From: Eledone cirrhosa
Lineage: Eukaryota
DNA: 64,000 nt
Assembly (NCBI GenBank): GCA_964016885.1
Contig: OZ024742.1
Span: 109,182,001-109,246,000 of the forward strand
Direction: 5' to 3'
This document shows, in pieces, positions 1 to 12,289 of this stretch. Within the stretch, counting starts at the first letter, position 1. The number at the start of each line of letters is the position of its first letter. The notes under the pieces are model-generated. The model searched no databases. It was not told the origin of the DNA and worked only from the letters and a program-made list of their open reading frames with translations. Both the position numbers and the translations under genes were made by a program.

Positions 1-1262
1 GTAACATTCGTAGGGTAGACCGTCGAGACCTGGAGATTTGCGTTTGCCGCATTGGCTGAGCGCGTCCCCTATCTCAGCGGCTGAAATCGGCCTTTCCCAG
101 AACATCGCCTCGCTGTCCGAGATCCACGGCAGGCCGTCGAGGTATGGACCGAAATCCATAGCCCCTCCCGGTGTGCCGCCCTGCCCGAACAGTTGAGCAA
201 AGTGCCGCTGAAAGGCCGTGCACATCTGCTTCGGCTTATGTATCACGCGTCCGTCTTGGTCCTTCAAAGACCGAATTATGGACTTGTTGCCACTTTTCGC
301 CTCCGTCACTCGGGCCCAGCTAACAGCTTTGGCTTCCTCGTTTCCCAGAGCACGTATTTTGCTTCTGACAACGCAGCCTTCGTGCTTTGCGTCGAAGAAC
401 TGGTCCAAGGCCGTTCTCGTCGCTAGCACGCTGGCTATGTTGCCACTCATAAGTGCCTCTTCTACTTTATCTGCCAGTTCCTTTTCGGTCTTATTTCTAT
501 CTAATGCTAATTCTTTACTAAAACCTATCGAGTCTAATCTAATTGCCCTCTTGAGAGAGTACCACCATCTGTTGTTGAAAATGGCCCCCGTCAAGTGCTG
601 CTTAACTAAAGTGCTAATCCGTCTACTGTAGGCTTTGCATGTCGGTAACGACAAGTTCAGCTTCCAGTAGCTGGGTCCCTGTCTATGGGTTTTGTCAAGG
701 TTGACTAAGCAGGTCACTAATTTGTGATCTGAATAGGCAACCATGAACATTTGTGGGCAGCTTAACATGTCCCTATCCTTCTTTCTAACTAGAACCCTAT
801 CTAGGTACGATCTAGATGTTCCGCTGCGATTAGTCCACGTCCACAGTGGCACAGTCGGAAAATCTAGTCGATATCTATCGGCCAGGTCAAATCGGCCGAT
901 TAACTGCTTGAGGCTGTTACACCCCCTTTATCGGAACATGCTCCCACATAATCCCAACGTGCATCTCGGATTCCATTTCAGTCCCCCACTAAAAGCAAAG
1001 AGCGGGACGTTCCCAGAAAAGTCTCTAGACGCTTGAAGAAGTCTGGCCGCGGAGTCCCGGATGGGGCTTATGTTGCCACCAGCCTGAAGGCTCCACCTTC
1101 ACTACCGTCAACGTCTAGAACCACCAGTCGACCCTCCGGGTCCAGATGTATCGTCTGTGTTGCGAGGCCCAGGTGTTTCCTCAGCAAAACGGCAACCCCA
1201 CCCCCAGCTCCCGGCTGACATAGAGATGCGTAGATCTCATAGTCATCTAAGATGGGAGCAAG
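1..1262 (-). mobile_element. Tx1-like LINE ORF2, N-terminal part (APE endonuclease and linker), decayed; runs off the window start
   Basis: Minus-strand translation gives GGGVAVLL, LDPEGRLVVLDV, LVGDWNG, SRSYLDRVLV, YSDHKLV and YWKLN. It is collinear with ORF 62658-63977; the first ~45 codons are missing at the 1262 junction. Confidence 0.9.
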
Positions 1263-3240
1263 CTGTCGCTCGCTGTGTCGTTTCTGGCGGGTGGGGACGG
1301 ATATGTTTGGTGGGGAGGGGGTGTTTGGTGGGGAAACATTTTAAAAGGACGCAGTTAATGGGTTTAACACAAGGATTACCCACGTCCTTAGGAAAGTTTT
1401 CCTTTAAAGACTTATAGGTGTCCGTAGGGACCCTAACATCTTTAAATTAGGTCTGTCGGCACAGTTCGAAAAAATTTCGGGGGAGATGAGCTCCATTAAA
1501 GTTTTGTTTTCACTGTTTATGAATGTGTAATGTTCTTGTTGTGTTATGTTGGTTTTTGTCTGTTGTTCTTGTGTGAGCTTTCGTTTTGTTGTAGGTGTTT
1601 GTGTTTGGAGTGATGTCGTGGTTTTGTTTTCGGGACGGAGGGTTTGTTGTTCATTTTGTAGGTTTCTTTTTATGGTGGGCATTTGTGTTTGGGGTGGTGT
1701 TGGTGTTTGTTTTTCTGGTAGCGGGGGGGAGGCGTTAATTGTGGTGGTGTTTGTGTTGTTATTTGTGTTGGTGGTTGTGTGTTTGTGTTGGTGATTGTTG
1801 TTTTTGTGGCTTTGTGGTGTCTCCTTTTTTGTTTTTTTTGATTTACGAGGCCCTCCTTCATCTTCACTTGGGGATGGAGACGTCTGGTGATGAATCGTCA
1901 TCAGGGGCGTGTAGGAGGGGTATGTTGTGTGGTGATGATGTGTTTGTGTGTGTGATTGTGGTAGTGTTGGATAGAGTGGGATGGGTGGGACTGTGTTTTT
2001 CAGGGAATTGTTTGTGTTTTTCTGTTGTTTGTGGTAGAACAGTTGTTTGTATTTGTGTGTTTGCTTGTTTTGTGTATTGTTGTTGTTGTGGTTTTGGAGT
2101 TGGTGTTGATAAAAGTACTTTTTTTTTAGGGGGGGGGTCGTAAGAGGGGACAGGAGGCCTTTAAATGCGATGTGCTCGCGAATTTAAAACAATGTGGCCA
2201 CCACCCATCTGCCGAAATGTGGTGTAATTGGTATCGTCTACTGGCACCCTTTCTGGTATCTTGGAAATTCTGTCCGGTTTCATTTGGACCAAAATTTACA
2301 AGCTTGGGCCGTTCCAGGTGTTTCTTGTGGATTTTTGAATCGACAGTATTGTGTCTTCATCCTCCTCCAAGAACCCTGCCAGAATCCACCAGATGTTAAT
2401 GTTGGGTGGTATATTGGTGATGTTTATTCTTTGTGTTCTTTTTCCCATGTATGTAGGGGAAAAGGTATGTGTGGCAGAGGTGATCGGGGTCACTGAGTGT
2501 TTTTTCGCAAGGGCCTCACTTTTGAAGAGCACCGAAATGCTTCCATACAGTTTAGCCCTTTGTATATATTGTATTTCCGGCATTGCCTCTTTCAAGACGA
2601 TTTCAATTTCGCCTTGAGTAAGGAAAGCCGGTTTTTTTTTTGTTTGTTCAAAATCGTGCAAAAAATCACGCTCCTTCGCATAGTGTCGGCTTTGACTTGT
2701 GGCGGAGAGGTTATTTTAAATCCCCCTTTTTCCTCGAAGGTAATATATTTTTTCCCTTCAATGATCATTTCCTTCGCATTGGAAATATCAATATTTGTAA
2801 AAGTTCCTTTGCTTATTGTGGCAAAAGATTTTTTATGGTTGCTGTTGTTGTTGTCGTTGTTGTTGTTGTTTTTGTTGTTCTCAATTGCTTGATTTGTGGT
2901 TGTCGAGTTCATTTGTGAAGTTGTGTTTTTTTCTTGTTCAATTATTTTTTGTGCCGTATGTGTTTCCATAGATTTGTTTTGGTGTGATTTTTCTGGTCAC
3001 TACTCCCTGTTGCCATAGTGACATTCATTTCAACGCTCCCATTTCCATTTATGGCGGGAAGCGCTTCAATTTTATCATTCATACTTAGAACAATTTGTTA
3101 TAAATTTTTATGAAAATTTCGATGACCCACCCACTGACAATTTAGTCGGAGCGTCAATCTATACAGTGGTATATTTTTTTAAAAACAATAATTTTGGTTT
3201 TTTATATGTAAAAAGACAAAATCTTACCAGTTCGACAGGT
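1263..3240 (-). mobile_element. Tx1-like LINE 5' region and frameshifted ORF1 (gag-like)
   Basis: ORF pieces 2592-2969, 2296-2661 and 1404-1901 are homologous to ORF 3388-4290 (KYITxEExG, LYGSxS, TYxxxRTQR). There is a degenerate GRWWPHC..FASTSHLKASC knuckle near 2150-2210 and T/N/Q-rich tracts. Confidence 0.8.
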
Positions 3241-4860
3241 ATACAACTTCTATCTCAGACAAGAGAGGGGTCGTCTTCCGTATTCGAGGGGAGGGGAACA
3301 TTTTCGGCTCGTGATTGTGGTGTGGGTGTTAATTTATTTGTTTACTGTGTGTGTGTGGGGGGGGGAGGGATTGTTTTCAGTTGTGTTTTAACTTGTGGTG
3401 TTAGTTGTTTTTGTGGTGGTGGTGGTGGAGGTTGTGTTGGTAGTGTTGTAGTTGTTGGTGTGGGCAAAATCGGTGTTTTTTGTTTGCTTGGGACAGGCAG
3501 CCCTTAGGTGACCTCTGCCACCACAAAGGTAACAAGCGGGTCGTCTACCCTCCACTGTGTTGTGTAAGTAGGCAAGCCCATCCAGCAATAGGCGGTCGGG
3601 GATCCTAGCAATTCGTTCTGGCTGCATTTGCACCAGAACTTGCAGGCTAGTTCCACCGAACACGTTGCTGGAAGACTTACCTACCGAAATTACTGCATCC
3701 TCTTTCAAGTCGAAGAGGCCACACAGTACCACCCAGAAATCAATATCTGGATCGATACTGTGTATGGTCAATCTTTGCGTTCTTCTTCTCAAATAAGTGG
3801 GGAAGAAGGTAGATAAAGGGGACACAATTGGGGTCAGCGAATGTTTTTCGGCCGTCAATTTATCTTTTATTCGGATGGATAGACTACCGTAGAGTCTATC
3901 CTTCCGAATGAATACAATGTTTTTCAGATGATCTTTTAAAGCCAGTTCAATCTCTGTCTGTGTGAGTTGTGCTGGCTTACGGGTTTTGTTGGATATTGTC
4001 TTATAAATAATAGTTTTTAAGTTATTTTCCTTTTTTAGCTCTGAGGGAGAATTTAAAGAAAATAGACCATTCTCCTCCAAAGTTATATACTTCCGTGCAC
4101 TTTCCATTTGCTGGGCCATGTTCGAAATGTCAATAAGTTCATACACAATGGTTTTTTTGTTAGTTTGAGCGAACGTCATTTTGTTCGCCCCCTCTTTGTT
4201 TAAATTTGTCGAAATGTGGTTGTTTTCTTGTTTTTTGTTGTTACAATTTTCATTTTTTGTTGTGTTTGTGTTATTTATGTATGCGTTCACATTATGTATG
4301 CGTTCACATATTTGTGTATGCGTTCACATTTTTTTCCCCGTTGGGGTTAGACTCCATTTTTTCAAAATGTTCACTTATATTATCAGTATCCGAGAGACTT
4401 GTAGTCACAGCTACTACTTCTCTTTCACCTTTGCTGGTGGGCGTGTCACCGTGAAAAGTCGAAACGGCATCCATTAATGTTGGCAATTTGTCCGAGTCAA
4501 TTTTGTTCACATTTTTTCATTAGGGTTAGGTTCCATTTTTTCAATGTTTCTAATAATCATTATTCTTTCAGTAGAGAGGCTTGTTGCCTCAGCTACCCGC
4601 TCTCCTTCAGTTTGTTTAGTGGTGTATCATCGTTACCTGCGGTAATGGCTTCCATTATCACTAACGTAGAGACAATTACAAGATTTTTAGGATGAAAGAT
4701 TTCACCCCAAATGAGGAGAAATAAATTAACCCTAATGTCCGAAGACCAAGGCAAGGAGGTTAATTAACACAATAACGTAAGAATACAGACAAACACTTAC
4801 TGTTAACACGTAATATCTCCAATACTCGAGGAGCCGATGTGAAGAACGTCTATACAATCC
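3241..4860 (-). mobile_element. Second Tx1-like ORF1 copy with 5' UTR, 3'-truncated; ORF 3388-4290 has a CCHC zinc knuckle
   Basis: VEGRRPACYLCGGRGHLRAAC (CX2CX4HX4C); the N-terminal block is duplicated (about 4300-4490 vs 4490-4690); homologous to 58500-59200 and 61580-61740. Confidence 0.85.
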
Positions 4861-4861
4861 G

Positions 4862-5033
4862 GAGATAGATATGTTTCTTTATTAGCCACAGGGGCACAAA
4901 AGAAGGGGACAAATACAAAGGGGGAAGTTTACATACAATAAAAATATGTAAAATATTATCACAAATGCAATTAAAAAAATTAGTCGATTTTCCCCAATAG
5001 GGGGAGACAGTTCATATGGGTAACACATACCCC
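4862..5033 (-). mobile_element. Tx1-like LINE 3' UTR fragment abutting a (GATA)n array
   Basis: Highly similar to 51203-51370; ends AATAAAGAAACATATCTATCT on the minus strand; (GATA)n at 5034-5079. Confidence 0.8.
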
Positions 5034-5080
<47 letters not shown>

Positions 5081-5233
5081 AACGTATATGTTTTTTATTC
5101 TATTCTTACCATTGGTATTTGATGTACAAATAAAATAAGAATACAAAACTTTAAAAAATAGATAGTAGTATATGATGAAGAATTATACACAAGCAATAAT
5201 TCAACAACACACACTCACATACACATATATATT

Positions 5234-5538
5234 TGTATGTATGTATGTATGTATGTATGTATGTATGTATGTATGTATGTATGTATGTATGTATGTATTT
5301 ATGCATGTATGTAACTATGTATGTATGTATGTATGTATGTATGTATGTATTTATCTATCTATGTATGTATATATGTAACTATGAATGTATGTATTTTTGT
5401 ATGTATGTATCTATGTATGTATTTATCTATGTATGTATGTATATATGTAACTATGAATGTATGTATGTATTTTGTATGTATGTATCTATGTATGTGTGTA
5501 TGTATGTAAGAATGTATGCGTGTATGTATGTATGTATG

Positions 5539-5606
<68 letters not shown>

Positions 5607-5974
5607 CACATACATATGTGTTTATGTATGTGTATATGGCGGGGGTTGGTTAAAACAACAGTAAACACACAAAAAGACTGAAATGTGAGGCGACATTTTG
5701 AATGTTGTTATTTCTACCTTTCTACCTTCCATACGTGCCTCCTCCTGTCTCATTGTCTTACTTTCTACCTTAGATACCTCCCCCTGTCTCACTGTCTATT
5801 GTTTTCGGTCATTTTTTTTCTCAAACTTGTATCATCTTTTTTTATTTTATATTTCAGACTTGTTCTGCCTTGTTATTCATTCATTTCTCCCTCTACTCTA
5901 CCTACCTATCTCTCTTTCCATCTCCCTCATTCCATCACTTTTATTTTCCAATCAGATGTAGCTACACATACACA

Positions 5975-6059
<85 letters not shown>

Positions 6060-6145
6060 ATCTATATATATAAACACACGCACATATATATATAAATATA
6101 TATATTAACTTATGTAGATGTGTATGTATATATATATACACACAT

Positions 6146-6181
<36 letters not shown>

Positions 6182-6315
6182 TATAATTATAGATACATAT
6201 ATGTTTGTATGGTTTTTTTGTCAGCATTTTGTTTTCAGTCTTAGATTCTTTTCGAATCTCGGCCTATCCTGTTTCTTTCTTCTTGTATAATTCGCTTTCA
6301 TATGACATATCTATG

Positions 6316-6353
<38 letters not shown>

Positions 6354-6403
6354 CATATATATGTGTGTGTGTGTGTGTCTATGAATATATGTATATATAT
6401 ATA

Positions 6404-6444
<41 letters not shown>

Positions 6445-6536
6445 TAAACACTTATAAACAATATATAGCACTCTATACAGAGATGTAGAGTTTGTGTGTA
6501 TGAATTAATGACTTATCACGTCTTATATCGTTGGTG

Positions 6537-6600
<64 letters not shown>
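5234..6600. repeat. Compound microsatellite field (ATGT)n/(TA)n/(CA)n, representative of dozens of such tracts in the window
   Basis: Directly visible simple repeats. Confidence 0.98.
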
Positions 6601-6603
<3 letters not shown>

Positions 6604-6722
6604 TACGCACATATATAAATGTGCGGCTGACCTAACATACGCGTGCTTTTTCTAAAAATATTTGTTTTCCGTTTCTACCTCTTCTCCCTCTTTTTCTATT
6701 TTATCTTTTATTTCTTATTATA

Positions 6723-6757
6723 TTTTCTGATGAAGGACTAGACTCGAAACGTAAAGA
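6723..6757 (+). ncRNA. Minimal type I hammerhead motif in a PLE terminal-repeat fragment (~6610-6840)
   Basis: tttt-CTGATGA-aggactagactc-GAAAC-GTA-aag; stem II is degraded. Same family as 39842-39874 (shared downstream aagactc..ttcctact..tcaagcgttaaa). Confidence 0.65.
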
Positions 6758-6840
6758 CTCTTTTCCTACTCTATCAAGCGTTAAATTAATATATTTCTTC
6801 TTTGTACTGTGTTGTTTGCTTTGCCGCTTCCATTTATTCA

Positions 6841-6915
<75 letters not shown>

Positions 6916-6918
<3 letters not shown>

Positions 6919-7569
6919 GTGGAACACTGTAAGGTAATATCCGTAGTGGTAGAGCACTCAGTCCAAGGGACGAGTTAAGTAGAAGTGGTTACACAACAGT
7001 TAGTTCACCATACCGAGAACAATTGTTTCACCTTCGCGGATCTTCAGCTCGGGACGTGTATGTTTATAGGAACAGGAAGGACAACCGTACGAACGCGCAT
7101 GCGCAGAAACTCGGTCACTTCACACAGGCAATACTAGACTGCGTGCGGGAGGTGTAAGGGAGATAACTGCGAAAGTCCGGACAGTTTTTACGTTGAAAAT
7201 AAAATTAAGAAAATTAAAAATTTAATTACAAAGAATCAGTCCGAAGCCTTGTAGTTATGCAATATATGTTTGGTGACGTGTGGACAACGTGTGAAAAATT
7301 CATCTCTCGTTTTTTAGGCAATCACTATTGCGTAATCTCTTTAGGATAGCTATTCGTTCGTCGATACATAAGCCACACATCGCATTTCCCCTTGCGTATA
7401 GCTTGGACTTAGTGATGGCTTTCCATTGAATGGAGTAGCCTATACTTGAGTCCTTGAGGGACCATACGTGGCTCGCGAGTTTCGTGGATGAACGTCTGCT
7501 CGGGTATCTGAAGGTAGACTGGTTGTTCAGGAAACGCTCCTTGAATCGGCCCTCCGCCATGCCCATATC
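6916..7569 (-). mobile_element. Inverted 3' copy (GIY-YIG C-terminus plus pseudo-LTR) of the adjacent Naiad-type PLE
   Basis: Reverse complement of ~9500-10068 plus a ~65-nt extra tail; ORF 7300-7698 contains GMAEGRFKERFLNNQSTF and CGLC. Confidence 0.92.
7013..7052 (-). ncRNA. Type I hammerhead ribozyme (inverted copy)
   Basis: Reverse complement of 9998-10037. Confidence 0.85.
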
Positions 7570-7721
7570 CACGTCTCCAGCAGCGGTCAGCAGATTCTCC
7601 TCACTACGTAGAAGTTTGGCTTTTAGCAGATTCTTCACCACGTGCGAGTTTGGCTTACTACCCTGAGAGCGCTCTATATATCCTCGTGTCCTACACATTT
7701 TTGCATCTCATCAACGTCAGT

Positions 7722-9814
7722 ATGGATTTATACGAATTGAATTACTCCCTCAAGAACATTCCAACTCACTCCAACCATGTTTACCAAAAGCTCCTCCTAC
7801 AAAAAGCGGAAGATGTCGTCAGACGCTTAAGATGGCGAGCTCTAGCTTTCGACGGCAAAATTATAGGCAACAACAACACCTTCAACCTGAAATCGAGAGC
7901 CTACCCTCCTAAGGTAACCGAACTTTTTCCTTTCGAGGCGGACCTTCTTGACTTAGTCGCTAACATTTCCTTTCGCAAATACACTAACACCTTTCAAACG
8001 AAATTCAGAAACGATATTAAGAAATTTAGGTCTTCTAATAACACCGTCCTTTCCGACAAAACTAATAATATTTACGAAGTCGACAACACCACTTTCCGCC
8101 ACCTGGACCATAATGCTATTACTTATAAATATAAGAAAGCTAACCCTATGGCCTACCACGACATTAATACAGAAGCCAAGGAACTCGCCACCCACCTTAA
8201 GGTAGATAAGAAGCTACAATCTCTAGCTAAACGGGAGGCGTTCCTCACCCTGAAAGATCACAAGGTAGACTTTACTTCTAACCCCACATGTAGACTAATA
8301 AACCCGGCATGCACAGATATGGGACTAGTCAGTAAGGCCATACTTAGAAACATAGTTAAGACCATTAGGACCAAGTCCAACCTGCCCCAGTGGGAGAACA
8401 GCGACTCCGTAATTAAATGGTTTAACTCCTTAAAATCCCCAAAAAGCGAAGTTCACACAGTTTGACATTGTCGATTTTTACCCGTCGATCTCAGAGACTC
8501 TGTTAAACAAAGCGCTGGACTTCGCTACCATTTATACCACCTTCGATGGTTTAGACAGGGAAATCATCGCTCACTGCCGGAAAACCTTCCTCTTCAACGA
8601 CGGAGTAGCCTGGGCAAAGAAGTCTACATCTTCAGACCTGTTCGACGTCTCCATGGGATCGTTTGACAGTGCTGACGTATGTAACTTGGTTGGCCTTTTT
8701 ATCTTAGACATATTACGTGTTAGATTCCCGGACTTCCACACGGGAATATACCGTGACGATGGACTGACTTTATCGAGCCATAAAAGTGGTCACGACCTCG
8801 ACCGGTTTACAAAAGTCTTAGCTCCTACCTTCAATGAGTTAGGCCTTAGGATAACAGTAGCCACCAACATCTCTAGCGTAAATTTCTTAGACATTAATTT
8901 AGACCTTCTCACACACACCCACAGACCCTTCCATAAGCTAAACGAGAAACTTAATTACATTCACAATGACTCATGCAACCCTCCCACTGTTTTTAGAAAC
9001 TTCGTTAAGAATATCAGTACTAGAATCTCAAACCTCTCCTCTAATAAGGCTATCTTTGACAGGGCGGCACCTTACTATAACACGGCGTTGGCTAACAGCG
9101 GCTTCTCACAACCTATCACCTACTCTCCAACTAGCAACAACACCATTAAGAAAAGTAAGCGCATCAATAGACAAACTATCTGGTTCTCTCCTCCCTTCTC
9201 ACTCAACGTTAAAACCAATGTAGGAAAAAGATTTCTAGCCCTCTTAGATAGACACTTCCCCATAGGTCATAAGTACAGCTCCATCTTTAACCGACACAAA
9301 GTTAAACTAGGATACTCCTGCGCTAAGAACATGAAGGCCCACATCACCAGCAGCCCTAGGAGCAACACCCCCACCAGGGTGCTCTTGCCGTAAGCCCGAA
9401 GCTTGCCCCCTTCAACAGCAATGCAACACACCAGCTGTAATCTATGAAGCTGTGGTCACTTCCAACCGACCAAACGAACCACAGGAGGTCAAATCCTATG
9501 GGCATGGCGGAGGGCCGATTCAAGGAGCGTTTCTTGAACCACCAGTCTACCTTCAGATACCCGGGCAGACGTTCATCCACGAAACTCGCGAGCCACGTAT
9601 GATCCCTCAAGGCTACTCCATTCAATGGGAAGCCATCACTAAGTCCAAGCCATACGCAAGGGGAAATCCGACGTGTGGCTTATGTATCGACGAACGAATA
9701 GCTATCCTAAAGAGATTACGCAATAGTGATTGCCTAAATACGAGGAGTGAATTTTTCACACGTTGTCCACACGTCACCAAACATATATTGCATAACTACA
9801 AGGTTCCGGACTGA
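7722..9814 (+). pseudogene. Disrupted RT-GIY-YIG polyprotein ORF of the Naiad-type element
   Basis: ATG at 7722; frameshifts near 8445, 9375 and 9500; TGA at 9600-9602 where the inverted copy has TGG. Confidence 0.85.
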
Positions 9815-9997
9815 TTCTTTGTAATTTTATTTTTAATTTTTTAAATTTTATTTTCAACGTAAAAACTTTCCGGACTTTCGCAGTTATCTCCCTTACACCT
9901 CCCGCACGCAGTCTAGTATTGCCTGCGTGAAGTGACCGACTTTCTGCGCATGCACGTTCGTACGGTTGTCCTTCCTGTTCCTATAAACATACACGTC

Positions 9998-10037
9998 CCG
10001 AGCTGAAGATCCGCGAAGGTGAAACAATTGTTCTCGG
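9998..10037 (+). ncRNA. Type I hammerhead ribozyme
   Basis: ccgag-CTGAAGA-t-cc-gcgaa-gg-t-GAAAC-aatt-GTT^ctcgg; 5-bp stem I; palindromic stem III AACAATTGTT. Confidence 0.88.
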
Positions 10038-10065
10038 TATGGTGAACTAACTGTTGTGTAACCAC

Positions 10066-10164
<99 letters not shown>

Positions 10165-10262
10165 CATATATTTTTAGTATATGTTGGTTGTTTACCGACA
10201 CCTCAGTATGCAGATTGGAGCACTCGACGAAGTACGCAGGTTGGTTTGTTTTCTCCGGAGTA

Positions 10263-10588
10263 ATGTAAAATAATTAAGTCAAATATGTAAAATTTGGCTT
10301 CGTTTATTATAAATTATAGATATACTGCTATATATATTTCGGTGACAGGCATCATTGGCTGTGACCTCTTCAGAAGAATAACAACACAACCAGGAACTGG
10401 ACATATCGATGTATTTACGGAGTAAAACACACTTCAACAGCATGTGTACCTGTCTTTTCCACACCAATTCGGACTGCCTGAAGAGGTCACAGCCAATGAT
10501 GGCTGTCATCGAAATATATATAGCAGTATATCTATAATTTATAATAAACGAAGTCAAATTTTACATATTTGACTTCATTATTTTATAT
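10263..10588. mobile_element. Non-coding fold-back element with ~110-bp inverted arms, each carrying an HHR core
   Basis: 10263-10373 is the reverse complement of 10478-10588. Confidence 0.88.
10473..10527 (+). ncRNA. Type I hammerhead ribozyme
   Basis: actgc-CTGAAGA-ggtc-acagcca-atga-tggctgt-catc-GAAA-tatat-ATA^gcagt; the mirror copy at 10324-10373 lacks the 5' strand of stem I. Confidence 0.82.
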
Positions 10589-10744
10589 ATACACAGACAC
10601 ACACATACACACACGCACACACATACACACACATACACACACACACACACATATATATATGGTATTAGGATTGGTGCTCTGAAATAGCGATGGATACATT
10701 TTTAATTAAACATACGGTATATTGCCAAATATACTATACATACA

Positions 10745-10780
<36 letters not shown>

Positions 10781-10896
10781 TGTGTGTGTGTGTGTACATA
10801 TATATATATGTGCACACACACACATATATATATATATATATAATTGAAAGAGTGGAGAATAACATGGTCAACAGTACAAAAAAGGGGATTTATTTG

Positions 10897-11006
10897 CAGT
10901 CTAACATTTGTTTCACTGATAGAGTTGTCTTAAAATTGCTGAACACTAAAAGCTGTGCCACTCAATTTTAAATACAATGTTAACTCTATTAGATCTTCGG
11001 AAACTG
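10897..11006 (-). ncRNA. Hammerhead motif with ~80-nt extended stem II (CCGAAGA core in this copy)
   Basis: cagttt-CCGAAGA-t-ctaatagagtt...aactctatcag-t-GAAAC-aaat-GTT^agactg on the minus strand. Confidence 0.72.
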
Positions 11007-11353
11007 TTAAAAAAATATATATGTAACCAGCAAATTTACAAATTCAAATTACATCATCAATAATAATATTAATAATAAAGATATAGAGAGAAAAGGAGGA
11101 AGAAAGGCAGATAGATACAGTAAAGAAAGAAAGGAAAGGAAGGAGAAAGAAGAAGAAGAAGAAGAAGAAGAAGAAGAAGAAGAAGAAGAAGAAGAAGAAG
11201 AAGAAGAAGAAGAAGAAGAAGAAGAAGAAGAAGAAGAAGAAGAAGAAGAAAGAAGAAGAAAAGGAGAAATTATTATAGATAGAAATATAAAGAGATGAAG
11301 ATATATAGACGATGATAGTAGATAGAGGAGAGACAAACATAAGTAAAAATAAC

Positions 11354-11442
11354 TGTTTCTACTTTTGGCACAATGCCAGCAATCAACCAGTGCATTACTG
11401 GTACTTTATTATATCGACCCCCTAAGGATGAAAGGCAAAGTT
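11354..11442 (-). mobile_element. 5'-truncated SINE with an 18-bp target-site duplication
   Basis: AACATAAGTAAAAATAAC at 11336-11353 and 11443-11460; the empty site is in the paralog near 17760; insert matches 11900-11992. Confidence 0.9.
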
Positions 11443-11897
11443 AACATAAGTAAAAATAACGTAGGATGGAAAGAAGAATAGAGGAAAAAATAAATGAATA
11501 AACGTTAATACATGAATGAATGTAAATAAAAATAAAAATAGATATATAAAAAATATATGAAAAATATATAAAAATATATATATATAAATTGATAAATAAA
11601 TAAATAAATAGATAAATAAATAAGTTATATCTAATGTGACATAAAATGGTATAAAATGTGAAAAATGAAGAATAAAAATAAATACGTAAAAGGAGTAAAA
11701 AGAGTAAAAATGTGCGAAGAAGATTTAAATATATTAAAATTATTGAGAATGGCTTTTGAGAATTGTTGAAATATATGGAGAGATAATGAGGTGAAAATAT
11801 GATAATGTTAAATATATTTATGTGTGTATTGGTTATTTTAATAAATAAATTAATTAGTTTTAAGTTATATTATATGATAAAATAAAATGACAGAGAT

Positions 11898-12078
11898 AAT
11901 TGTTTCTACTTTTGGCACAAGGCCAGCAATTAACCAGTGTATTACTGGTACTTTATTTTATCGACCCCGGAAGGATGAAAGGCAAAGTTAACCTCGGCGG
12001 GATTTGAACTCAGACCATAAAGGGCCGTAACTCTTTGCTGCAAAACATGGCGTCTGACCCTCTACCGATACTGCCAAT
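11898..12078 (-). mobile_element. tRNA-derived SINE with Nin/Deu-like central domain
   Basis: Minus strand reads TGGCAGTATCGGTAGA (A-box like), GAGTTCAAATCC (B box), then CTTTGCCTTTCATCCTTCCGGGGTCGATAAA; matches 52397-52577. Confidence 0.85.
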
Positions 12079-12083
12079 ACACC

Positions 12084-12289
12084 AGATAATGGTCAAGAGA
12101 AATGGGATGGGAGAATTGTTCTGGTTCAGTGAATATGGTTAGTTCGCTGGGGTGTCAGAATTCAGATTTTCTATTGAATAAAGAAAGTAAAGATATGTGT
12201 GTTTATTTGTGTGCTTGTGTGTGTCAGCGAACTAACCATATTCACTGAACCAGAACAATTCTCCCATCCCTTTCTCTTGACCATTATCT
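12084..12289. repeat. Inverted repeat, ~65-bp arms with a ~75-bp spacer
   Basis: 12084-12148 is the reverse complement of 12225-12289. Confidence 0.9.

Larger units (their letters stand above)
7570..10068 (+). mobile_element. Penelope-like retroelement, Naiad-type (RT, Zn linker, GIY-YIG), near full length, ending in (TA)n
   Basis: YSLKNIP N-terminus; RT motifs FDIVDFYPSI, MGSFDSA and YRDDG; CSCRKPEACPLQQQC linker; VIYEA..SYG nuclease motif; terminal CGLC..CPH; HHR in the 3' repeat. Confidence 0.92.
10840..11897 (-). mobile_element. 3' non-coding region of a second Naiad-type PLE family
   Basis: Reverse complement of ~17545-18198, with an expanded (GAA)n and a SINE insertion. Confidence 0.85.

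Noticed and set aside
5172-6159. ORFs rich in YI, MYVC, CV, HT, RE or LS repeats here and throughout the window
   Set aside because: They are translations of microsatellites.
9600-9602. In-frame TGA in the Naiad ORF as possible selenocysteine
   Set aside because: The inverted copy has TGG (Trp) at this site, not Cys, so it is an ordinary nonsense mutation.
11898-12078. tRNA gene
   Set aside because: A and B boxes lead into a SINE body; no complete cloverleaf.
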